From assembly GCA_963745025.1 (NCBI GenBank), contig CAVUWD010000011.1:576001-640000 (forward strand): a DNA stretch of 64,000 nucleotides, read 5' to 3'. A program made the translations under genes and the position numbers. The notes beneath the pieces are model-generated. The model did not search any database, was not told the origin of the DNA, and worked only from the letters and a program-made list of their open reading frames with translations. The DNA is from an uncultured delta proteobacterium (GTDB taxonomy: Bacteria > Desulfobacterota > Binatia > JACPRU01). Below, piece by piece: positions 9,869 to 20,009 of the stretch. Numbering within the stretch: position 1 is the first letter of the stretch; every line of letters starts with the position of its first letter.

Positions 9869-11205
9869 TCAGAGCAGCGTGCCGCGAAAGATCACGCTCG
9901 CCACCGAAAAGTAGATGATGAGGCCCGTCACGTCGACGAGCGTGGCGACGAACGGCGCGCATGCGCTCGCGGGGTCGAAGCCGAGACGACGGAGAACGAA
10001 CGGCAGCAGCGAACCGGCGAGCGTGCCGAAGGTGACGACGCCGATGAGGCTTGCCGCCACGGTCATGCCGACCAACAGGTAGTGCTCTCCGTAGGAACCG
10101 AAGAGCCCGACCCAAGCGAGGATGCGCGCGAGGCCGATCGATCCGAGGATCGTTCCGAGCACTAGGCCTGCGAAGATCTCTCGCCGGATCACTCTCCACC
10201 AGTCTCGCAGGCGAACCTCGCCGAGCGCCATGGCTCGAATCACGAGCGTGGAGGCCTGAGAGCCGGAATTTCCGCCGCTGCTGATGATCAGCGGAACGAA
10301 CAATGCCAGCACCACGGCACGCTCGATCTCCTTCTCGAAGTATCCCATGGCGGTCGCCGTCAGCATCTCGCCGAGAAAGAGAGCGGAGAGCCATCCCGCG
10401 CGCTTGCGGACCATCGTCGGAAAGGCGACCTCCAGATACGGCCCGTCCAAGCGCTTCGGAGCCGCCGATTCGCTGGATCTCGCGCGTCGCCTCTTCCGCG
10501 ACGACGTGAACGATGTCGTCCGCGGTGATGATGCCCTGCATGCGGCCCTCGGCATCGACCACGGGAAGGGCGAGGAGCCCCGACAGTCGGAAGAGTTGGC
10601 CGACGTCGCCCTGGGGCGTCTGGTCGGTCACCGTGACGACGCCAGGCCGCATGATGTCACGCACGCGCTGGCCCGACGCCGAGTCGAACAGCTCTCGGAA
10701 GGAGACGACCCCGAGCAACCGTTGATCGGAGTCGAGCACGTAGCAGTAGTAGATCGTTTCGACCTGCTGGCGGCCCTGCTTTCTCAGGTATGCAATCGCC
10801 TCGTCGACCGTCATCTCGGGTCGCAGGCGAGCAAATCGGGTGTTCATCAAGCCGCCCGCTCGATCCTCGGCGTACGCGAGCAGCCCCTGCACCTCCTGGC
10901 GAGTCGGCTTCATCGAGAAGCGCGAGAAGCGGCTCGCGGGCCGGCTGCGGTGCGGCCTGAATGAGGTCTGCGGCATCGTCGGGGGGCAGGAGCCGCATCC
11001 ACGAGCGGCGGTCACCCTCCGGAAGATTCAAGACGATGGCTGCTTGGTCTGCCGCGCTCAGCGAAAAGAAGAAGTCTTCGGCCTCGTTTCTCGGGAGGAG
11101 CAGAAATCCTTCGACGCGCTCCGCATGCGAAAGAACGGGCCAGACCTCTCTCAGCTCCTCGGGCGAGAAGCGATCGTCGGCGGTTTTCGATTGCACCCCG
11201 GGCAT
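9869..11205 (-). CDS. mgtE: magnesium transporter MgtE (frameshifts near 10905 and 10450)
   Basis: MgtE N domain ([12 protein letters not shown]), CBS pair ([27 protein letters not shown]) and TM domain ([34 protein letters not shown]), spread over three frames. Confidence 0.9.
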
Positions 11206-11256
11206 GAGGCCTCCTCCTTGCTCGATGGCTACGTCGACGGACTTCGGAACGGCCGC

Positions 11257-12597
11257 CTAGTCGATGCCGTAACGCTTGCGCTTGCGCCAGAGGGTCGTCG
11301 AGCTGATTCCCAGACGCGCCGCGGCCTCCTCGAGCGTCGCCGAATCCGCGAGCACTCGCTCGATGTGGCGTCGTTCGACTTGTTCCAAGGGAATGCTTCC
11401 GTCGTCGGGGCGGGGCTCCGCCTCTTCGCGCGACGCCGGCGCGTGCAGGCGATCGGGTAAGTCGTCGACACGCAGGAGATCGCCGCGGCAGACGACCACG
11501 GCGTGCTCGAGCACGTTGACGAGCTCGCGCACGTTGCCGGGCCAGCGGTAGCGGGCGAGCACCGCCTCCGCTTCTGGATCCAGTTCGAGCGCCGGGCGCC
11601 CGTAGCGCGCGGCGTGCATGTCCAGAATGTGGCGCGCCAGCGCGGGAAGGTCTTCGAGACGCTCACGCAGCGCCGGCAGCTCGATACGCAGTACGTTCAA
11701 GCGATAGAACAGGTCTTCGCGAAAGGCGGCGCGCCTCACCTCGGCTTCGAGGTCGCGGTTGGTGGCGGCGACGATTCGTGCGTCGATCTCGATCGTGGTC
11801 GCGCCTCCGACGCGCTCGAATCGGCGCTCGTCGAGAAAGCGCAGGAGCTTCGCCTGCAGAGCTGCCGAGAGCTCGCCGATCTCGTCGAGGAAGACCGTCC
11901 CGCCGGCTGCGGCTTCGAGGCGGCCGGATTTGTCCTTCCAGGCGCCGGTGAAGGCGCCCTTGACGTGCCCGAAGAGCTCGCTCTCGAGCAGATGCTCGCT
12001 CAGCGTGGTGCAAGCGATCGCCACGAAGGGACCGCTCGCGCGCGCGCTCCAATCGTGCACCGCGCGCGCCAGCACGCCCTTGCCCGTGCCGCTCTCGCCG
12101 GTCAACAGCAGGGTCGCGTTCGAGGCGGCGGCCTGTTGAGCGGTGTCGATCACCCGCTTCATCTTCGCGTTCCGCGATTCGAGAAGCACGGGTCGATCGA
12201 GGGCGCTCCGCAGTACGCGGTTTTCGCGACGGAGCGAAAGCACCTCGAGAATTCGATCGAGCGTCAGGCCGACCTCCTCGACGGAGAATGGCTTGACCAG
12301 GTAATCGTATGCCCCCGCTCGCATCGCCTCGACGGCCTGTGCGATGGTCGCGTAGGCCGTCATCAGTACGACGACGACCTCCGGCCAGCGACTGCGGATT
12401 TCACGCAGCAGCGCGAGACCATCGAGTCCGGCCATGCGGACATCGGAGAACACGACGTCGACGTTGCCGCGGCGGAGGATCTCGAGCGCCGCCGCACCGT
12501 CGGCGGCGACCTCGGTCGCGTGTCCGCGGGCGCGCACGTAGCTCGCGAAGATCGTTCGGATGTTCTTCTCGTCGTCAACGACCAGGATCGACGCCAT
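11257..12597 (-). CDS. sigma54-dependent response regulator, probable KdpD partner
   Basis: Receiver (VVDDE, FSDVRM), GESGTGKG, GAFTGA, WPGNVREL and HTH; starts 2 bp after the kdpD stop. Confidence 0.93.
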   Translation of the reverse strand: MASILVVDDEKNIRTIFASYVRARGHATEVAADGAAALEILRRGNVDVVFSDVRMAGLDGLALLREIRSRWPEVVVVLMTAYATIAQAVEAMRAGAYDYLVKPFSVEEVGLTLDRILEVLSLRRENRVLRSALDRPVLLESRNAKMKRVIDTAQQAAASNATLLLTGESGTGKGVLARAVHDWSARASGPFVAIACTTLSEHLLESELFGHVKGAFTGAWKDKSGRLEAAAGGTVFLDEIGELSAALQAKLLRFLDERRFERVGGATTIEIDARIVAATNRDLEAEVRRAAFREDLFYRLNVLRIELPALRERLEDLPALARHILDMHAARYGRPALELDPEAEAVLARYRWPGNVRELVNVLEHAVVVCRGDLLRVDDLPDRLHAPASREEAEPRPDDGSIPLEQVERRHIERVLADSATLEEAAARLGISSTTLWRKRKRYGID

Positions 12598-12599
12598 CG

Positions 12600-15500
12600 T
12601 TATGCTCGCGGCAGCTCCAGCGTGAACCGCGTTCCCTTGCCGGCCGCGCTGTCGAGGTGGATGCGTCCCCCGTGCGCTTGCACGACGTCGCGAACGATCG
12701 CAAGCCCGAGACCGGCCGCGCCCGTCTCGCCGCCGCTTGCCGATTGGGCGAAGCGCTCGAAGATCTTGTCCTGCTGCTCGGCGGGGATGCCCGGTCCGGT
12801 GTCGCTGACCGAGACGAGTACCGCGCCGTCCTTCGATTCCGTGGCGACGCGAACCGATCCCCCGGCCGGTGTGTAGCGGATCGCATTGGCGATCAAGTTC
12901 GAGAGGGCCCAGGTGAGCTTGATCTCGTCGCCGGGAATCGTCTCGTGATCGACCCCAGGGCTTTCGAGCGCAACGCCTTTCTCGCTCGCCTGCATCGCGA
13001 AGAGCTTCACGACCCGCTGGATGACCGCCTGGAGCTCCACGGGCTTGCGCTCGACCGCGATCGTCATGGCGCGCGAGCGGGCGAGGTCGAGGAACCGCTG
13101 CGACACGTCGGCGAGCCGTTGCACGTCCTCGTTGGCGATGTCCAGGAAGGGCCTGAGCTCCGGATCGACCTTGTCGGCCCGCTGCGTGAGCATCTCGACG
13201 GCCATGCGCAGCGAGGTGAGCGGGGTGCCGAGCTCGTGCGAAAGCGTCGCGACGAGCATCTCGCGCCGGCGCTCCTGATCGCGAACGTAGGTGATGTCCT
13301 GGAGCGCGAGAATGACTCCGGCCGAAGTGCCGTCGCGCGTGTAGAACGGCGTCGGACGCAGCACGTAGAAATGGTCGCGCCCGCGTAAGAACAGCGAGAT
13401 CTCCAATCGTTCCCGCTCCTGCTTCGGATGCTCGAGGAAGTCACGAACGGCTTCGCGAAGGCGGAGATAGTGAGTGTGGCGCGCCTCGAGATTCTCGAAA
13501 CGCCGCCCGACGACCTCCGCGCGGTCCATCTCGAGGATCGCGCAAGCGACCTCGTTCACATGAATGACGATGCCGGAGGGATCGAGTACGATGATGCCGT
13601 CCTCGCTCGCCTCGATGATCTGCTCGGTCTTGGCCTGCTCCTCGAGAACCACGTCGATGCGGCAGCGCTCGATCGCGATGGCCGCCTGGCGAGCGACGGA
13701 CTGGAGGAGCTCTCGCTGCTCGATGGAAAGCATACCGCGGTCTTTCGGCGTACGCACGCCGACCACGCCGACCACTCCGCGTGCCGTGGCGAGCGGCACG
13801 TAGAACCATTCTCCTCCCGGAAGCGTCTCGGTTCCGGGTCCGGCCTCCTCGTTGTGGCGCCAGACCCACGTGGCCGCGGCCATTTCCGCATCGCTCGGCG
13901 AAATCGAAGCCGGGTGGCTGGCACGCAGCACCAGCCGATCGGCGTCCACACCGAGGACGACGACGTCCCCGGCGAGGAGCTCGGTCACCTGGCGGACGAC
14001 GACCGGGATCAAGTCCTCCAGTCCGCCCGCGCCCGCGAGCTGGCGGCTGAACTCGTACAGCGCGTTGGTTCGCGCCTCGCGCTGCTGCGCGGCTTCCGCC
14101 TGGTCGCGGACGCGGGCGGTCAGTTGGCTCGTGAGGATGCCGACGATCAAGTAGACGATCAGCGAGATCACGTCCTGGGGCTTGGTGACCGTAAACGTGT
14201 AGATCGGTTGGACGAAGAAGAAGTCGTAGACGAGGAGACCGAGGATCGAGGCGAAGATCGAGGGGATGAGCCCCCCGACGACTGCCGTGACGAGGACCGC
14301 CGTGAGAAAAAGCATCGACGGGTCCGGCAGGTGGACCAGCCACTGCAGTACCTTGGCGAGCAGCCCGGCAGCGCCGACCATGGTCAACGCCACGAGGTAC
14401 TGGAGCGGTGAGCCCGGGCGGAGAAGAAGCGGACGGCGGCTCGGCAGAAGCCCCTTCAGGCCCTGCGTGGCGCTGATCACGCGGACCTCGATGTCGCCGC
14501 TCCGGCGAATGATTTCGGGGATCGGCGACCGTGACAAGAGGCGCCGCCACCACGGCAGCAACGACTTTCCGAGCAGGATCTCGGTGACGTTCCGCTGCCG
14601 CGCGTAGCGGATGATCTCCGTGGCGACGTCCTGTCCGGGGATCGTCACCGCTTCGGCGCCGAGCTGCTCCGCCAGGCGCAACGCTCGTCCCACTCGCTCG
14701 CGATCCTCGTCCGGGCGGCGGTGGAACGAGGGCGTCTCGACGAAGAGGGCGATCCACTCGGCGCGGCGGCGCGCCGCGATCCTCCGCGCCGCACGCACGA
14801 GACGTGTGGCGAGCGGCCCCTCGCTGATGCAAACCATGACCCGCTCGCTGACTGCCCACGTGCCGGCGACGGCGTGCGCCTGCATGTAGGCCTGCACCTC
14901 GTCGTCGACGCGCTCCGCCGCGTGGCGCAGCGCCAGCTCGCGCAGTGCGGTCAGGTTGCCGGGGCGGAAATAGTTGTCGATGGCCCGTTCAACCTGCGGC
15001 GGGACATACACCTTCCCCTCTCGCAGTCGCTGGATGAGGTCTTCGGGGGGAAGGTCGATCAGCTTGATCTCGTCGGCGCGCTCGAGGATGCCGTCGGGCA
15101 CCGTCTCGCGGATGCGCACGCCGGTGATCTGCGCGACGACGTCGTTCAGGCTCTCGAGATGTTGAATGTTGACCGTCGAGTAGACGTCGATGCCGGCCTC
15201 GAGGATCTCCTCGACGTCGGAGTAGCGCTTGGGGTGGCGGCTGCCGGGAACGTTGGTGTGGGCGAGCTCGTCGACGAGGACGATCTGCGGGCAGCGCGCG
15301 AGGATCGCGTCGAGGTCCATCTCCTCGAGCGTCCGGCCGCGGTAGTCGACGCGCTTGCGGGGAATGACCTCGAGGTCCTTGATCAGCGCCTCGGTCTCTT
15401 TCCGCCCGTGGGTCTCGACGACGCCGACCACGACGTCCGCGCCCTGCCGCTTGCGCTCCCACGCCGCCTCGAGCATGGCGTAGGTCTTGCCGACGCCGGG

Positions 15501-15608
15501 GGCCGCGCCGAGGAAGATCTTCAGTCGGCTGCGCTCGGCGCGCTCGGCTTCCTTGAGAAGGGCTTCGGGCGAAGGCCTCTTGTCGCTCGCCTGTTCGAGG
15601 TTAGCCAC
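12600..15608 (-). CDS. kdpD: K+-sensing histidine kinase KdpD with extra PAS domain
   Basis: LKIFLGAAPGVGKTYAML, LVDELAHTNVPGSRHPKR, USP domain, 4 TM (DUF4118), GAF, PAS, LSHELGTPL H-box and HATPase. Confidence 0.95.
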   Translation of the reverse strand: MANLEQASDKRPSPEALLKEAERAERSRLKIFLGAAPGVGKTYAMLEAAWERKRQGADVVVGVVETHGRKETEALIKDLEVIPRKRVDYRGRTLEEMDLDAILARCPQIVLVDELAHTNVPGSRHPKRYSDVEEILEAGIDVYSTVNIQHLESLNDVVAQITGVRIRETVPDGILERADEIKLIDLPPEDLIQRLREGKVYVPPQVERAIDNYFRPGNLTALRELALRHAAERVDDEVQAYMQAHAVAGTWAVSERVMVCISEGPLATRLVRAARRIAARRRAEWIALFVETPSFHRRPDEDRERVGRALRLAEQLGAEAVTIPGQDVATEIIRYARQRNVTEILLGKSLLPWWRRLLSRSPIPEIIRRSGDIEVRVISATQGLKGLLPSRRPLLLRPGSPLQYLVALTMVGAAGLLAKVLQWLVHLPDPSMLFLTAVLVTAVVGGLIPSIFASILGLLVYDFFFVQPIYTFTVTKPQDVISLIVYLIVGILTSQLTARVRDQAEAAQQREARTNALYEFSRQLAGAGGLEDLIPVVVRQVTELLAGDVVVLGVDADRLVLRASHPASISPSDAEMAAATWVWRHNEEAGPGTETLPGGEWFYVPLATARGVVGVVGVRTPKDRGMLSIEQRELLQSVARQAAIAIERCRIDVVLEEQAKTEQIIEASEDGIIVLDPSGIVIHVNEVACAILEMDRAEVVGRRFENLEARHTHYLRLREAVRDFLEHPKQERERLEISLFLRGRDHFYVLRPTPFYTRDGTSAGVILALQDITYVRDQERRREMLVATLSHELGTPLTSLRMAVEMLTQRADKVDPELRPFLDIANEDVQRLADVSQRFLDLARSRAMTIAVERKPVELQAVIQRVVKLFAMQASEKGVALESPGVDHETIPGDEIKLTWALSNLIANAIRYTPAGGSVRVATESKDGAVLVSVSDTGPGIPAEQQDKIFERFAQSASGGETGAAGLGLAIVRDVVQAHGGRIHLDSAAGKGTRFTLELPRA

Positions 15609-15824
15609 AGTCGGCGGAGGGTACCACCGGGCGACGTGGGCTCAAAGGGTGCCCGCCCAACCGCGCTCTTGAAGATCTGGAAGATCTGGATGTTGCCTTC
15701 GGTGCTGCAAACCTGCGGCGAAGGTCGGAGCGATCGTTCTGGCCGAGTCGTTCTCGGCGAAGCTGTCCTCGTCCGGTCGCCAGCTGACGCCGCTATGGAC
15801 GCCGAAGCTCCGGCTCGGGTTCGG

Positions 15825-16772
15825 TCACGGAAGCGTGGCGGGCCGCCCGAAGCGCCCGTAGTCCACGCCCGCCAGAGGCTCTGCCAGGATGGCCTGCTGC
15901 AGTGCGTCCAGAGCACCCTGGCAGAGAAGCATCACCTTACGCTTCTGACCCAGCGAGACGGCCACGGATCGAACGTTGGTGTTCTCGCGCGAAAGAGCGA
16001 GAATTTGCGTCTTTACCTTGCTGAACCGGGCGTAGCTCGATGAGGCCGTTTCGAGATCCGGGTCTCCGCTAACGTTCTGAAGCGCCGCGAGGCGATCTAG
16101 ATCGTTGTGCGCCTCCTGATCCTCCTTGGCCATCACCGCTTCGAGCTCGTCCATCTTCTTGTCGCTTTCTTCTGCGATGTGCGGTGCAAGCAGGACCTGT
16201 GTGCGGAGCGCGGCGGTCTCGGCACCGAAGGCAAGCAGCATGACGTTCCTGGCGTCTGGCCACGTGGCGCTCTTCGTCACGAGACGGGAGAGGGCGGTGT
16301 CCATTTCTTCGAGCGCTTCCGCGGCGGGGCCAAATGCCAGGCCGTAGGCCTTCAGGTTGCTGTTCCTGACCGCCAGGGCCAGCAGCTCGCCATCGATGCG
16401 TTGAAAGTCGGCGAAGGCTCGAGAAAATTGGCCAAGAAGATCCTTCTCGCCCTGGGTACCACCTGTGCTCAAGAGTTCTCCCAGTTCCTTGCGCCCGCGC
16501 TCGACTTCCGCTGTGGCGGCACGGGCCTGGTCGGCGTAGGTCTGCGAGTCTTGGTCGGCGAGGGCCATCACGGCGCTCTTTTCGGCTTCTGAGGCCGCGG
16601 CCAGGGCCGCGCGCATCCCCCCCACGACGTCGACCCTTCTGGCCTTGAAGGCAAGCTTTTCGGCGGGAGTCTGATCTTGGCGGAAGTATAGCGCCGACAA
16701 CGTGACCAGAAGGAGCATCATCGCTCCAGCGGTCATCCAAAGAAGGTCCCTGATGCCGGGCCTGATCTTCAC
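15825..16772 (-). CDS. membrane-anchored four-helix-bundle (chemoreceptor ligand-binding-like) protein without signalling domain
   Basis: N-terminal TM, then two similar helical halves (ASEAEKSAVMA..ILALAVRNSNLKA and LLAPHIAEESD..ILALSRENTNVRS). Start taken as GTG 16772. Confidence 0.6.
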   Translation of the reverse strand: MKIRPGIRDLLWMTAGAMMLLLVTLSALYFRQDQTPAEKLAFKARRVDVVGGMRAALAAASEAEKSAVMALADQDSQTYADQARAATAEVERGRKELGELLSTGGTQGEKDLLGQFSRAFADFQRIDGELLALAVRNSNLKAYGLAFGPAAEALEEMDTALSRLVTKSATWPDARNVMLLAFGAETAALRTQVLLAPHIAEESDKKMDELEAVMAKEDQEAHNDLDRLAALQNVSGDPDLETASSSYARFSKVKTQILALSRENTNVRSVAVSLGQKRKVMLLCQGALDALQQAILAEPLAGVDYGRFGRPATLP

Positions 16773-16984
16773 AATGCCCTTTCCACCGACGTCGCCACGC
16801 TGACGTAAGCCCACGGAGAGCCACCGCGCGTACACCGGGTTATACGACGTGGGGCAGCTGCCAGACGTACATCTACCGAACGTTACGCGACAATCATGCG
16901 TCTACTCGGGCTATCCGCCGTCTCGGCAGGCCATGAAGATCACACTGGCTCGCCCCTCAGACAGGGGCACTTCGTATTCGAGGA

Positions 16985-17247
16985 CTGCTCGCGCCGCACA
17001 TCGCAGAAGAAACGACAAGAAGATGGACCAGTTCGAAGCGCAGATGGCAAAGGAGGATCAGGAGGTCCGGAAGGATCTGGAAGAAGCAGACCCTCGCTCT
17101 CTCGCGCGAGAGCGCCAACGTCTGGTCCCTGCGATCTCACTGAAGCAGAAGCCCAAGGTGATGCTCGTCTGCCGGGACGCCCTCGCTACCCTGAGGCAGG
17201 CCATCCTCGACGAGCCGATCCCGGGCGGCGACTACGGACGCTTCGGG
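16985..17247 (+). pseudogene. inverted, internally deleted remnant of the C-terminus of the 15825..16772 gene or a paralogue
   Basis: DKKMDQFEAQMAKEDQEV..SLKQKPKVMLVCRDALATLRQAILDEPIPGGDYGRFG versus DKKMDELEAVMAKEDQEA..SLGQKRKVMLLCQGALDALQQAILAEPLAGVDYGRFG. Confidence 0.8.
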
Positions 17248-17249
17248 TG

Positions 17250-17541
<292 letters not shown>

Positions 17542-17563
17542 CGCGCTCTTCCTCTAAAGTAGC

Positions 17564-18802
17564 TCAGAACACGTAGCTCGCGGCGATCGACACCGTATCC
17601 TGCGAGCCCTTGAACAGCGGCGACGTGACGGTGTCCCCGGTGGTCGAATCGATGGTGGTGACCGTGCCGTTCTTCGCGAACACGCTCTCGTCCGAGCCGT
17701 CGTGGCGGTACTCCGCCCAGATGGTCAGTTTCTCGGTGAGAAAGTACTTGCCGGTGAACGTGACCTCCCAGAGCGTCTGGTCGGTGCCCGTGCGGAAGCC
17801 ACCCTGGTCGCGGAAGACCTCGCCGCGGAGGTAGGCGCCCGTGGGAAGGCCGATCAGATCCTTGAGGGTTGCCCCGACGATGCCGGAGAAGCCGTACCAC
17901 TCGGCGGTCCCGCCATTGATCGCCGCGGCGCCCTCGCTGCCGTAGTCGCCGTTGAGTGAGATCGTCACCGGATCGAGGGTGATCGTGGAGACCACGTCGG
18001 CGACTCCACGGGGGTGACTGCTGGTGTCGTTCTCCTCGGGCCCGAAGATGCCGTTGACGATGAGCGAGAAATGCTCGTTCGCGGTCCATGCCACGTTGCC
18101 CATGAACGTCTTGCCGTTGTTGTTGTCGGCGACGTTGTCCCAGCCGTTCACGACTCCCAGGTTCACTTGCAGGGCATCCGTGATGGGGTAGTTGAACATC
18201 AGACCTGTATTCGTGAAGGGGATCGCGTAGCCGAACAAGAACGATCGGCTGTAGTTCATGTTGGAAGGCGCCTCGATGACCTCCGCGCCGAGCAGCGTGA
18301 CGAATTTGCCGAACTTCGCCGAGAGCCCGTGAGACCAGTCGGGCGCGTAGTTGGCGTAGACCTCCTCGATCTCGAAATCGCCGGAATCGCCGGTGACGCC
18401 GGTGAACTGTCCGTTGCCAGTCCAGTCCGCGCCGATGCGGCTCGCGGTGTTTCCGACGTCGAGCTTCGTAAAGAACGACAGACCCCCAGGCCCCTTCTTG
18501 CCGATGCCGAGCTGGAACAGATCCACGCCGAAGGTGTTGTCCTGGTTGTCGAGCGAGCGCAGCGTGTTTTGGCGGTTGTCGGGTTCGTTGAAATTCCAGA
18601 GGTACGACGTGTAGAACATACCGCTCAATTGGAAGTCCGCGAGCGCGCCGAGCGACTTCTCGAGATCGCTCACTCGTTCGTCGATCGTCTTCGAAGGTTC
18701 CTTGGGCGCGTCTTCGGCGGCGCTCACTGCCTGTACCGCAATGGCGCCGCTCAGCAGCGCGGTGACCGCAAAGCCAACGATCAGTGGTCGCAACAATGTC
18801 AT
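17564..18802 (-). CDS. outer-membrane beta-barrel porin (putative beta-barrel porin-2 family)
   Basis: Signal peptide, short coiled coil, KFGKFVTLLGAEVIEAPSNMNYSRSFLFGYAIPFTNTG, GVVNGWDN, AEYRHDGS and C-terminal YVF. Confidence 0.85.
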   Translation of the reverse strand: MTLLRPLIVGFAVTALLSGAIAVQAVSAAEDAPKEPSKTIDERVSDLEKSLGALADFQLSGMFYTSYLWNFNEPDNRQNTLRSLDNQDNTFGVDLFQLGIGKKGPGGLSFFTKLDVGNTASRIGADWTGNGQFTGVTGDSGDFEIEEVYANYAPDWSHGLSAKFGKFVTLLGAEVIEAPSNMNYSRSFLFGYAIPFTNTGLMFNYPITDALQVNLGVVNGWDNVADNNNGKTFMGNVAWTANEHFSLIVNGIFGPEENDTSSHPRGVADVVSTITLDPVTISLNGDYGSEGAAAINGGTAEWYGFSGIVGATLKDLIGLPTGAYLRGEVFRDQGGFRTGTDQTLWEVTFTGKYFLTEKLTIWAEYRHDGSDESVFAKNGTVTTIDSTTGDTVTSPLFKGSQDTVSIAASYVF

Positions 18803-18856
18803 CCTTTCTCCTGCTTGTGGGTGGAACCGAGACCCATCCCAGTCAGCCAGACTTGA

Positions 18857-18873
18857 CGCACATACCGTGCCAG
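18857..18873 (-). promoter_or_regulatory. sigma54 promoter of the porin gene
   Basis: CTGGCACGGTATGTGCG (GG-N10-GC). Confidence 0.75.
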
Positions 18874-18922
18874 AGGGATCCACAGGCGTTTTCTCTGCTT
18901 TGTCGTCCTGCGCGGCCGGGCG

Positions 18923-18959
18923 TTCCCCCAAAATGCAAGGACGCCTTGCAGATCGAAGG
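18923..18959 (-). promoter_or_regulatory. shared upstream motif CCTTCGATCTGCAAG...TTGGGGGAA (copy 1)
   Basis: Same motif at 24083-24112 (-), 24710-24745 (+) and partially at 25795-25809 (+). Confidence 0.65.
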
Positions 18960-18998
18960 GCGCGATGCGCCGCCTCAAGGAGCGTGTAAAGCCGCAGC

Positions 18999-19343
18999 CT
19001 ACGAGCGAAAGGACCCGGCGGGCGGATCGGAACACTGCGCTCTGCAGTGCCCAGAAGCGGCGAGAACAAAAATCATCCAACTGTTGCCGCCTTCCGTCTT
19101 GGCTGCGCGCTGAATGGTCGAGATCGCCTTCGGGACGAGCTCGTCGTCCACGACGACGTCGAGCTTCACTCTCGGCAGGAATTCGAGGGCGTAGGCCTCA
19201 CCGGGAGCAGACTCGGCGTAGGCCCCATCACGTGCGAAGCCCTTGACCTCGCTCACGGCGACCTCGCGCAGACGCATCGCTCCGAGGGCGTGTTTCACTT
19301 CCTCGAGCCTGGACGGCTTGATGATCGCCTCGATTCGCCTCAC
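18999..19343 (-). CDS. divergent PII-family protein directly after kdpC
   Basis: MRRIEAIIKPSRLEEVKHAL..VSEVKGF..EFLPRVKLDVVVDDE; T-loop base and B-loop are non-canonical. Confidence 0.8.
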   Translation of the reverse strand: MRRIEAIIKPSRLEEVKHALGAMRLREVAVSEVKGFARDGAYAESAPGEAYALEFLPRVKLDVVVDDELVPKAISTIQRAAKTEGGNSWMIFVLAASGHCRAQCSDPPAGSFRS

Positions 19344-19358
19344 GGACGCGCGATCGGT

Positions 19359-19988
19359 CTAGTTGCTGGAAGCGTTGCCCGCCGGCGGCGCCGAATGGAT
19401 CTCGGCAGGCGCGGAAGCAGTTGGACTCGCCTCGTCGAGCGCCAGGTTCAACTCGAGAACGTTGACCCGCGGGTCACCGAGAATTCCGAATTGGCGGCCT
19501 TCCACATGGGCGCGGAGGATTTCCCGCACTTTGTCCTCCGGGAGTTTGCGGGCCTTGGCCACGCGCGCGACTTGGAGCTCGGCCGCCGCCGGGCTGATGT
19601 GTGGATCGAGCCCGCTTCCCGAGGTGGTCACCAGATCCGCGGGGATCTTGGCACCGGGATTTTCACTGGCCAGCTGCTGCACGGCGTCGCCGACGCGCTT
19701 CTGGAGGCTCGCATCATTCGGGCCGAGGTTGGAGCCGCTCGAGGCGCCGGCGTCGTAGCCGTTGGCGCCGGCGGCCGAAGGGCGCGGGTGGAAGTAACCG
19801 TCGCCCGCGAAGTTTTGGCCGATCAGCTCCGATCCGATCACCTGATCGCCGTGGAGGATCAGGCTGCCGTTCGCCTGGTGGGGGAAGACGAGCTGGGCGA
19901 GACCCGTCATCGCCAGCGGATAGAGGATGCCGGTGATCACGGTGAGGATCAGGGTCATGAGGATCGCGGGACGGAGCTCGGAAAGCAT
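19359..19988 (-). CDS. kdpC: K+-transporting ATPase subunit C
   Basis: QANGSL, GSELIGQNF, YFHPRPSA, SSGSNLGP, DLVTTSGSGLDPHIS, RVNVLELNLALD. Confidence 0.97.
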   Translation of the reverse strand: MLSELRPAILMTLILTVITGILYPLAMTGLAQLVFPHQANGSLILHGDQVIGSELIGQNFAGDGYFHPRPSAAGANGYDAGASSGSNLGPNDASLQKRVGDAVQQLASENPGAKIPADLVTTSGSGLDPHISPAAAELQVARVAKARKLPEDKVREILRAHVEGRQFGILGDPRVNVLELNLALDEASPTASAPAEIHSAPPAGNASSN

Positions 19989-20009
19989 GTGGGTCACCTC
20001 TGCAGGCGC

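Noticed and set aside
9072-11015. 647-aa ORF joining CBS domains to a secreted protein
   Set aside because: Read-through produced by mgtE frameshifts; the downstream gene has its own promoter and RBS.
15670-15712. GAAGATCTG repeat and CCTTCGGTGCTGCAA upstream of kdpD as a further copy of the kdp motif
   Set aside because: Different spacing, no TTGGGGGAA element and no sigma54 box nearby.
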